64,000 nucleotides of DNA from Arcobacteraceae bacterium (GTDB taxonomy: Bacteria > Campylobacterota > Campylobacteria > Campylobacterales > Arcobacteraceae): assembly GCA_963662945.1 (NCBI GenBank), contig OY759974.1, forward strand, positions 1,216,001-1,280,000, in the 5' to 3' direction. Position 1 is the stretch's first letter, and each line of letters begins with the position of its first letter. The translations under genes and the position numbers were made by a program. The notes below the pieces were generated by a model. The model had not been told where the DNA came from, did not search any database, and saw only the letters and a list, made by a program, of their open reading frames with translations. Positions 56,365 through 64,000 of this stretch are shown here, in pieces.

Positions 56365-57789
56365 CTACGATAATCTTTGTTTTAAAAGTTCACTGATTTT
56401 TTGTGGGTTTGCAGCCCCTTTTGATGCTTTCATAGCTTGACCTACAAAAAATGCAAACATTTTTTCTTTTCCAGCTTTGTACTCAGCAACTTTATCTTCA
56501 TTTGAAGCTAAAATCTCATCAACCATCACAAGAAGTGCCCCATCATCACTTACTTGTTTTAAACCAAGTTTTTCAATCACCTCATCAACGCTAATATCAT
56601 TTTCCATAAGATAATCAAGTGCTTGCTTAGCTTGTTTTCCAGAAATGATACCATCTTCAATAGCTTTTACTAAATTTCCTAATTTTTTTGCACTAACAGG
56701 TGAATTTGTGATATCAACACCTTCTGCAAATCTTCCTTGTAACTCTACAGTTAACCAAGAGCTTCCATTTTTTCCACTAATATCACAACTCATCATCTCT
56801 TCAAAAAAATCTGCCATCTCTTTTGTACTACAAATTACACCTGCATCGTACCCTGTAAGAGAAAACTCTTTTACAAATCTTTCTTTTTTTGCATCTGGAA
56901 GTTCTGGAATATCAGAGTATTTTGCAATCATCTCATCTGTGATGATAAGTGGAAGTAAATCTGGATCTGGAAAATATCTGTAATCAGCAGCATCCTCTTT
57001 TCCTCTCATACTTCTTGTTTCCCCTGTGTTTACATCAAAAAGTCTTGTTTCTTGTACAACTTCTCTCTCATAAACTCCATCTTCCCAAGCTTCTGTTTGT
57101 CGTTGTACTTCATATTTGATAGCTTTTTCTATAAATTTAAAACTATTCATATTTTTGATTTCACATCTTGTGTAAAGTTTATCATCACCTTTTGGACGAA
57201 TTGAAACATTTACGTCACATCGAAAACTTCCCTCTTGCATATTTGCATCACTAATACCAATATATCTTACAATTGAATGAAGTTTTTTCAAATATAACAC
57301 TGCTTCTTCTGCACTTCTCATATCTGGTTCAGATACTATCTCAAGAAGTGGTGTTCCAGCTCTATTTAAATCAACTCTTGAGTGGTCACCTGCATGAGTA
57401 TTTTTCCCTGCATCATTTTCTAAATGAGCTCTCGTAACACCAATAACTCTACTTGTTCCATCTTCAAAATCTATCTCAATTTTACCTTTTCCAACCACAG
57501 GTACTTCAAATTGTGATATTTGATACCCTGTTGGTAAATCTGGATAAAAATAGTTTTTTCTATTAAAAATAGATTTTTTATTGATCACGGCTTCTATAGC
57601 AGTTCCTAGTTGAATTGCTTTGTGAACTGCTTCTTTATTTAAAACTGGTAATGCACCTGGTAATCCTAAACATGTAGGACAAACATTAGTATTTGGTTCA
57701 TGCCCAAAACTTGTGGCACAACTACACCATAATTTACTATTTGTATTTAACTGCACATGAACTTCTAAACCTATAATTGTTTCAAACAT
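56365..57789 (-). CDS. gatB: Asp/Glu-tRNA amidotransferase subunit B
   Basis: [25 protein letters not shown]. Confidence 0.97.
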   Translation of the reverse strand: MFETIIGLEVHVQLNTNSKLWCSCATSFGHEPNTNVCPTCLGLPGALPVLNKEAVHKAIQLGTAIEAVINKKSIFNRKNYFYPDLPTGYQISQFEVPVVGKGKIEIDFEDGTSRVIGVTRAHLENDAGKNTHAGDHSRVDLNRAGTPLLEIVSEPDMRSAEEAVLYLKKLHSIVRYIGISDANMQEGSFRCDVNVSIRPKGDDKLYTRCEIKNMNSFKFIEKAIKYEVQRQTEAWEDGVYEREVVQETRLFDVNTGETRSMRGKEDAADYRYFPDPDLLPLIITDEMIAKYSDIPELPDAKKERFVKEFSLTGYDAGVICSTKEMADFFEEMMSCDISGKNGSSWLTVELQGRFAEGVDITNSPVSAKKLGNLVKAIEDGIISGKQAKQALDYLMENDISVDEVIEKLGLKQVSDDGALLVMVDEILASNEDKVAEYKAGKEKMFAFFVGQAMKASKGAANPQKISELLKQRLS

Positions 57790-57811
57790 ATATTCTCTTT
57801 CCTTTTTTCTA

Positions 57812-58633
57812 CTATCTTAATACTTTTATATTTGCTGTAATTCTTTGTGTTTCAAAATATTCATTGAGATAATTCTGTTCTCTTTGTTCCATAATCTTTT
57901 GAAAAATATGCTCTTTTGTTTGCTCTAATGATAATGTTTGTATATCTTTCTTTTCTTTTATAAAGAACATATTATATTGCTGATTTTGTGCAAATATAGC
58001 ACTAAATTGATTTACATCTGTAGTATTTATTATATATTTCACTTGAGGTGTTAATTCTGCTTGTTTCAAACTAAGTGCTTGACTTACCACTCTTTGATCA
58101 TTAAACATAGGGTTTGATTTAATTTCATTTAATAATTCTTTGCTTTTTGATACATAAGCTACTACTTCTATTTGATTTGCAAGTGTAAATTCTGCTTTAT
58201 TGTTTTCATAATAAATTTTAATATCATCTTCAGTAGCTATTTTGATATTTCCTGTAGCTATTTTTCGTACCAACTTTTGATGAAGAAGTTGTTCTTTCAC
58301 TTTCTTTTCAAAAGCATCATAATCTTGTTGTTGTCGTATAAGTGATTTAAAATCAAGTGCACTCATTTTATTTTGTGCTGCTAAACTTTCTATATAATTA
58401 TCCACATCAAAAATATCTACACTTACACTATTTTTTTTAATCTCTTGATTATATATTTTCTCATCAATCAATAGTTTCACAGCTTCTGCTTTTGAAACTG
58501 ACTTTTCTTGCATTGTTTTATCTATTTCGTAAAGTGTTATTGGTTCATCATTGATAATAAGTGCAATGGCATTAACTAAACCAGCATTTGCAAAACTTAC
58601 GGCTACTATTAAACTTAATATATATTTTCTCAT
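57812..58633 (-). CDS. SurA-like periplasmic chaperone
   Basis: Signal peptide, [11 protein letters not shown]; adjacent to gatB. Confidence 0.75.
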   Translation of the reverse strand: MRKYILSLIVAVSFANAGLVNAIALIINDEPITLYEIDKTMQEKSVSKAEAVKLLIDEKIYNQEIKKNSVSVDIFDVDNYIESLAAQNKMSALDFKSLIRQQQDYDAFEKKVKEQLLHQKLVRKIATGNIKIATEDDIKIYYENNKAEFTLANQIEVVAYVSKSKELLNEIKSNPMFNDQRVVSQALSLKQAELTPQVKYIINTTDVNQFSAIFAQNQQYNMFFIKEKKDIQTLSLEQTKEHIFQKIMEQREQNYLNEYFETQRITANIKVLR

Positions 58634-58657
58634 TTATCTATTTCCTTTTAAAAAATC

Positions 58658-59227
58658 TCATTTTACCATAAAGATAGTAAAATCATTGTCTAAATACCCA
58701 TCTTTTATAATAATATTTTGCGTGTATCTCTTACAAATCTCTTCTATATCGTACTGTTTTATATCATTAAAAGTTACATTCTTTAGATAATTAAATATAA
58801 AACCTTTAGTAGAAGCTTCAAAACATCTCTTTATAAATATCTCAATCTCATCAAATTGTAAAATATTCATAGCACCACTACAAAGATAATAATCAGCATT
58901 TAAAAGTTCATCTGTGAGAATGTTTTGTATATAAAATTCTTCATTTGGAAAACGGATATTACAAATATCAATCATCTTTTCTTCACAATCAATACCTATG
59001 TATTTTTGAGGTAATTTATGGTTATGAGAAAGATAATTATAATACTCTCCAAAACCACATCCAACATCCACTATTGTAGAATTAACGATATCTTTTTTTA
59101 TACATTTTGTTAATATTTCAAACCGTTTGTACTGAGTAAACTTACTGTTCCAGTGTACTCCTTGTGCCGTTACACCAAACTCTTTTATAGATTTTTCATA
59201 AAAATCTTTATTGACTAATTTCTTCAA
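58658..59227 (-). CDS. Class I SAM-dependent methyltransferase
   Basis: GVHWNS...Q..RF, VDVGCGFG, YIGID, SGAMN. Confidence 0.85.
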   Translation of the reverse strand: MKKLVNKDFYEKSIKEFGVTAQGVHWNSKFTQYKRFEILTKCIKKDIVNSTIVDVGCGFGEYYNYLSHNHKLPQKYIGIDCEEKMIDICNIRFPNEEFYIQNILTDELLNADYYLCSGAMNILQFDEIEIFIKRCFEASTKGFIFNYLKNVTFNDIKQYDIEEICKRYTQNIIIKDGYLDNDFTIFMVK

Positions 59228-59654
59228 TTTGCTCGATAACTACATTGTTGTCTTTTAAAAACTTAGATACTACATCTGAATTTGTATGTTCATAGGCTTT
59301 TTCATATACAATTCTTTTAATTCCACTTGCAATAAGATTTTTACTACATTCACTACAAGGTTCTAGTGTTACATAAATAGTAGCACCCTCTATACTTATC
59401 CCTTTTCGTGCAGCCCAAATGATGGCATTCATCTCTGCATGTATCTCATAAGTTTTTGACCAATCATGATGATCTTTTGTATACTCATTATCCCAATGTG
59501 TACAGCAATTTGTATATCCTGCTGGCGTTCCATTGTATCCTGTACTTAAGATTCTTCCATCTTTAACTATAACTGCACCAACTTGTTTTGAAACACATTT
59601 ACTTGCACTTGCTATCTCTTTTGCAATATTTATAAAATTTTTATCAGTAAGCAT
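59208..59654 (-). CDS. dCMP deaminase
   Basis: VGAVI, GYNG, HAEMNAI, PCSEC. Confidence 0.92.
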   Translation of the reverse strand: MLTDKNFINIAKEIASASKCVSKQVGAVIVKDGRILSTGYNGTPAGYTNCCTHWDNEYTKDHHDWSKTYEIHAEMNAIIWAARKGISIEGATIYVTLEPCSECSKNLIASGIKRIVYEKAYEHTNSDVVSKFLKDNNVVIEQIEEISQ

Positions 59655-59738
59655 TTTTTGCCTTTATTTACATTATGATATGATTATATCATACAACATC
59701 TAAAGATGATTTTAGTTCCAAATAAAAGGGGTTTGACT

Positions 59739-60206
59739 ATGAAAAAGATTGTAATATTGTCACTAGTTATTAGCTGTTTATTTGCAAAAGAATATACCTT
59801 GAATTTTCAAGGAGAAAATGCAAAGGAAAATCAAACTATTAAACTAGAACTTCAAACTGACGAAGATGGGAAACCATTGGCAAATCAAAAATTTGATGTA
59901 CGGAACTTAGAACAACCTCGTTCACTTAAAATTATTACTGCTTCAGGACTTGTTGGAACTTTAAAAGATGAAAGAGAGATTGTTGCTTATTATAAAACAA
60001 ACTTAGAAGTAGGCGGACTTAAAATACGAAATCTTTATAAACCAGCCGTTGCTAGAGTTTATGGAGATGAAAACAATATCACTATAACTTTTGATAAAGA
60101 CCATTACCAAAATATTATATCTTTTTTACGATATCATAATATCAAAGATTCAGTAATCAAAGATATTGATAATATGTATGGAACTTGGGAAGAGATAAAT
60201 AAATAA
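59739..60206 (+). CDS. Secreted hypothetical protein
   Basis: MKKIVILSLVISCLFA signal peptide after AAGGGG. Confidence 0.7.
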   Translation: MKKIVILSLVISCLFAKEYTLNFQGENAKENQTIKLELQTDEDGKPLANQKFDVRNLEQPRSLKIITASGLVGTLKDEREIVAYYKTNLEVGGLKIRNLYKPAVARVYGDENNITITFDKDHYQNIISFLRYHNIKDSVIKDIDNMYGTWEEINK

Positions 60207-60548
60207 TTATCTTTTCATAAGTTGTTTATTTTTTTCATACTCTTCTAAAATCCAATTAGCAATAGTTTCTATTTCAACAGAAGAAAGGTGTCCATAAGCT
60301 GGCATTTCACTATCAGCAAATTGTCTATATTTCCCTTTGCTTCCATTTTTGATGCTTTCTATAATTTTTGATTTAGCATCAGCACCATACCATTGAATAT
60401 TTTTTCTTCCAATCCCTGCAAATGCAGGTGCGAGTTTTTTCCCAATAATATTATGACAATCCATACAACCATTTGTCTGAACTAATTGCCCACCATTCGC
60501 CCAAACAACACTACTTGTCAATAAAAGTGTCAAAACTAACTTTTTCAT
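60207..60548 (-). CDS. Monoheme class I cytochrome c
   Basis: Signal peptide, CMDCH, APAF, distal MP. Confidence 0.9.
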   Translation of the reverse strand: MKKLVLTLLLTSSVVWANGGQLVQTNGCMDCHNIIGKKLAPAFAGIGRKNIQWYGADAKSKIIESIKNGSKGKYRQFADSEMPAYGHLSSVEIETIANWILEEYEKNKQLMKR

Positions 60549-60637
60549 TATACACCTCCCAGTGAAGAAAATATAATTTGCTACACAGCAAATTTTACTT
60601 TCAGCCTCTAGTCAAATTGTAGCATAAATGTTGTTAT

Positions 60638-61804
60638 TTATTCAGAAATCTTTCCAATTAGTTCTTTCGCATTTTCTAAAGCCTTAGCACTACTTTCTTT
60701 ATCAAAAGTTAAAGCTACTGCCATTCTTCTACCAATATGAGTTTGTGGTTTTCCAAATACTCTCACAAATGAATTAGCAGTAAAGATACTTGGATCTATT
60801 TTTAACTCTGGAGTAAAAGTATCTGTTGTAGATTTGTATGCAGCACTTGCGCCTGCACCATAAGTGATAAAATCTAAAGGAAGTCCTAATACTGCTCTTA
60901 AATGCAATGCAAATTCACTTTGAGATTGTGTTATCAAGGTAACCATTCCTGTATCGTGTGGTCTTGGGCTTACTTCACTGAAATATACCTCATCCCCTTT
61001 TACAAAAAGCTCTACTCCAAAAAGACCTCTACCACCAAGTCCATCAGTGATTTTTTGTGCTATTTCTATAGCTTTTTCTTTTGCTACTTCTGACATCTCC
61101 ATTGGTTGCCATGAGAAGATATAGTCACCATCTTTTTGGATATGTCCTATTGGTTCACAAAATGTTGTTCCCGTTTCATTTCTTACTGTTAAAAGTGTGA
61201 TTTCATAATCAAATGTTATAAACTCTTCTACTATTAACTCACTTGCGTCTCCTCTAGCTTCCTTCGCTAGTTCCCAAGAGTTTGCTAGATCAGCTTCACT
61301 TTTAGCAATACTTTGTCCATGACCACTACTACTCATAACTGGTTTTATAACACAAGGAAATCCTATCGTTTTAGCTGCTTCTTGTAATCCTTCAAAAGTA
61401 GTAACAAATTTATATCCAGATGCTGGAAGTTTTAATTCTTCACAAGCAAAAACGCGAATATTTTTTCTATTCATTGTTTTATTTACAGCTTCAGCATTTG
61501 GTATTACATGAAACCCTTCTTTTTCTGCTTTAAAAAGTGCTGATATACTAATAGCTTCAACTTCTGGCAAAATAAAGTCTGGTTTTTCTCTTCTTATGAT
61601 ATCCATAACTTCATTTTCATTTTTCATATTAATCACATATGCTTTATTTGCTACAAGATGTGCTGGTGCATTTGCATAACTATCTACAGCTATTGTTTCA
61701 ATACCTAATCTTTGAGCTTCGATAACAACTTCTTTCCCTAATTCTCCACTTCCTAATAACATTATTTTTATGCTATTTGATTTTAAAGGTGCAGTAAATT
61801 CCAT
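60638..61804 (-). CDS. purT: Formate-dependent phosphoribosylglycinamide formyltransferase
   Basis: [32 protein letters not shown]. Confidence 0.96.
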   Translation of the reverse strand: MEFTAPLKSNSIKIMLLGSGELGKEVVIEAQRLGIETIAVDSYANAPAHLVANKAYVINMKNENEVMDIIRREKPDFILPEVEAISISALFKAEKEGFHVIPNAEAVNKTMNRKNIRVFACEELKLPASGYKFVTTFEGLQEAAKTIGFPCVIKPVMSSSGHGQSIAKSEADLANSWELAKEARGDASELIVEEFITFDYEITLLTVRNETGTTFCEPIGHIQKDGDYIFSWQPMEMSEVAKEKAIEIAQKITDGLGGRGLFGVELFVKGDEVYFSEVSPRPHDTGMVTLITQSQSEFALHLRAVLGLPLDFITYGAGASAAYKSTTDTFTPELKIDPSIFTANSFVRVFGKPQTHIGRRMAVALTFDKESSAKALENAKELIGKISE

Positions 61805-61903
61805 ATAATTTTTCCTTGATTTTGATTAGTCGTATTTTATTATATCTATGGTTAAGAGTTTATTTAGTATAATCATCAAAAATTATTATAAAAGGAAATT
61901 ACT

Positions 61904-62155
61904 ATGGGTATGCCTAGCGGAGTAGAACTATTTATTATCGTTGCAGTTGTTGTACTGTTATTTGGAGGGAAAAAGATTCCTGAACTGGCAAAAGGTATTG
62001 GAAAAGGTATTAAAGACTTTAAAAATGCTGTAAAAGAAGATGAGCCAGAAACAATGACTACAAATGAGAAAAAAATAGAAGATGAAAAAGTAGCTACTAC
62101 AAATACAACAGCTACACAAGAGTCTAAAACTACTGACACAAAAACTACTGCGTAA
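61904..62155 (+). CDS. tatA: Twin-arginine translocase TatA/E
   Basis: [23 protein letters not shown]. Confidence 0.94.
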   Translation: MGMPSGVELFIIVAVVVLLFGGKKIPELAKGIGKGIKDFKNAVKEDEPETMTTNEKKIEDEKVATTNTTATQESKTTDTKTTA

Positions 62156-62174
62156 ACTTAAAGGATCAATTTAA

Positions 62175-63764
62175 GTGCAAAATATTGTTAAAAAACATAT
62201 TGAAGATATATTAGGACAACCAGTTGTCTTAGAAAAACCCAAAGATATCTCTTTGGGTCATTTTGCTACACCTGTAGCTTTTTCTCTTGCAAAAGAGTTA
62301 CGAAAAAATCCTATGATGATTGCTGATGAACTTGCTCAAAAATTTGAAAATAGTGAAATATTTGAAAATGTAAATGCAGTAAAAGGATTTGTGAATTTTA
62401 AACTTTCAAATAACTTTCTAACTTCACAAATCAATAAAGCTTTAGAACTCAAAGAAGATTTTGCCGCATCTGATGCTAAAAATGAAAAAATACTATTAGA
62501 ATTTGTAAGTGCAAATCCTACAGGACCTTTACATATAGGACATGCAAGAGGAGCAATCTTTGGTGATGCTTTATTAAAAGTTGGAAGATACTTAGGATAT
62601 GATATCACAGCGGAGTATTATGTAAATGATGCAGGTGCTCAAATGGACTTGTTAGCACTTTCATTATACCTAGCTGGTAGAGAAAATATCTTAAAAAAAG
62701 AAGTTGAATATCCTGAGAAATATTATAGAGGAGATTATCTTATAGATATTGCTAGACTATGTGAAGAAAAATATGGTGCAGAAGTTTTTGAAGATGTATC
62801 AAAAGAACAAGAACTTGCACAGTTTGCTAAAGATGAAGTTCTAGCTATGATTAAAAGTGACCTCTATGATTTAGGTGTAGAGTTTGATACTTTTATTAGT
62901 GAAAAATCACTCTATGATAAATGGGATGAAACAAAAGCAGTTTTAGAATCAAATGGAAGTATTTATAACAAAGATGGAAAAGATTTCATTCGCTCAACTG
63001 ATCATGGAGATGATAGTGATAGAGTCGTAGTAAGAGAAAATGGCGTACCAACATATCTTGCTGGAGACATTATCTACCATAAACATAAATATGATAGAAA
63101 CTATGATAGATATATAAATATTTGGGGTGCAGACCACCATGGATATATCAAAAGAGTAAAAGCAGCCATAGAATTTCTTGGGAATGATTCGAGTAAATTA
63201 GAAATAATACTATCTCAAATGGTAGCTTTACTCCAAGGTGGTCAACCTTATAAAATGAGTAAAAGAGCTGGAACTGTTATTCTTATGAGTGATATTGTTG
63301 AAGAGATTGGTGCAGATAGTTTACGGTTTGTATTCTTAACTAAAAAAAGTGATACACACTTAGAATTTGATATAGATTTATTAAAAAACAATGACTCATC
63401 AAACCCAGTTTTTTATATTAACTATGCACATGCAAGAATCAATCAACTCTTTAAAAAAGCAGAGTTAAATGTTGAAGATGTAAAAGATGCAACTATTGAA
63501 GATATTAATCAAGATGCTAAAGATTTAGTATATGAAGCCCTTCTTTTAGGTACTGTTTTAAATGAAGCATTTGATAAAAGAGATATGCAAAAAATCACAG
63601 ACTATTTACATAGTTTAGCAGCATCAGTTCATAAATTCTATAATGAACATAAAATTATAGGATTAGATAATCAAAGTCAGTATTTAAAAGTTTTAAGTAT
63701 GGTAGCATTGTCTATAAGAACTGGTCTAAAAGTACTGGGGATAACTGCTAAAGAGGTAATGTAA
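62175..63764 (+). CDS. argS: Arginine--tRNA ligase
   Basis: EFVSANPTGPLHIGH, WGADH, KMSKRAG, YAHAR. Confidence 0.97.
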   Translation: MQNIVKKHIEDILGQPVVLEKPKDISLGHFATPVAFSLAKELRKNPMMIADELAQKFENSEIFENVNAVKGFVNFKLSNNFLTSQINKALELKEDFAASDAKNEKILLEFVSANPTGPLHIGHARGAIFGDALLKVGRYLGYDITAEYYVNDAGAQMDLLALSLYLAGRENILKKEVEYPEKYYRGDYLIDIARLCEEKYGAEVFEDVSKEQELAQFAKDEVLAMIKSDLYDLGVEFDTFISEKSLYDKWDETKAVLESNGSIYNKDGKDFIRSTDHGDDSDRVVVRENGVPTYLAGDIIYHKHKYDRNYDRYINIWGADHHGYIKRVKAAIEFLGNDSSKLEIILSQMVALLQGGQPYKMSKRAGTVILMSDIVEEIGADSLRFVFLTKKSDTHLEFDIDLLKNNDSSNPVFYINYAHARINQLFKKAELNVEDVKDATIEDINQDAKDLVYEALLLGTVLNEAFDKRDMQKITDYLHSLAASVHKFYNEHKIIGLDNQSQYLKVLSMVALSIRTGLKVLGITAKEVM

Positions 63765-63765
63765 C

Positions 63766-63900
63766 ATGAATGCTAACAATGTAGTGAAACTTGTGGGAAT
63801 CGTTTTTGTTGTTGCTATTGTTTTTATGATAATAACTGGAAATATGGGTGGTTCAAAAGAAGCTACAGCAAATTATCATAGCGTTATGACAGGAAAGTAA
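63766..63900 (+). CDS. Small 44-aa single-TM protein
   Basis: MNANNVVKLVGIVFVVAIVFMIITGNMGGSKEATANYHSVMTGK; GAGG RBS; starts 1 nt after the argS stop; below the track cutoff. Confidence 0.62.
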   Translation: MNANNVVKLVGIVFVVAIVFMIITGNMGGSKEATANYHSVMTGK

Positions 63901-63916
63901 AAATTACTTTCCTTCT
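63892..63916 (+). terminator. Hairpin closing tatA-argS-small ORF
   Basis: GGAAAGTAA-AAA-TTACTTTCC. Confidence 0.5.
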
Positions 63917-63929
63917 CTTGTAAACATTG

Positions 63930-64000
63930 TTATTTTACTAACTCTTTTTTATATATTTCCTCATTAAAAGAAACTAACACTTTATCAGCATATTCAACAA
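63930..64000 (-). CDS. 3' end of a gene entering from the right edge
   Basis: Open frame ...VEYADKVLVSFNEEIYKKELVK* with TAA at 63932-63930. Confidence 0.45.
   Translation of the reverse strand, partial: VEYADKVLVSFNEEIYKKELVK

Overview
AT-rich, gene-dense chromosomal window from a Campylobacterota bacterium. The 16S signature segments and the 16S-tRNA(Ile)-tRNA(Ala)-23S-5S order point to Arcobacteraceae. The content is mostly housekeeping (ribF, rlmH, dksA, dusB, atpE, rpsU, moaC, metH, argD, ilvC, rnr, rpsF-ssb-rpsR, typA, coaX, hisG, gpsA, gatB, purT, tatA, argS), with one complete minus-strand rRNA operon and tRNA-Arg(UCG). It also holds pglB-asnB, two peptidoglycan carboxypeptidases, a tolC-midA-thiS-fdhF-like run, two chemoreceptor genes (one interrupted by a single nonsense codon) and a periplasmic rhodanese plus rhodanese-MBL pair. 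I saw no IS, prophage, CRISPR or clear island. The best leads are: (1) an unannotated ~87-nt sRNA candidate with a promoter, three hairpins and an anti-Shine-Dalgarno tract (8432-8518); (2) three conserved genes (ribF, rlmH, ychJ) whose conserved N-termini require ATA/ATT start codons, plus four apparently leaderless genes; (3) an uncharacterised nucleotidyltransferase-fold gene next to the 5S rRNA; (4) the rhodanese/degenerate-MBL sulfur module. No novel system can be proven from the sequence alone. Protein calls rest on recognised motifs, not on database searches.
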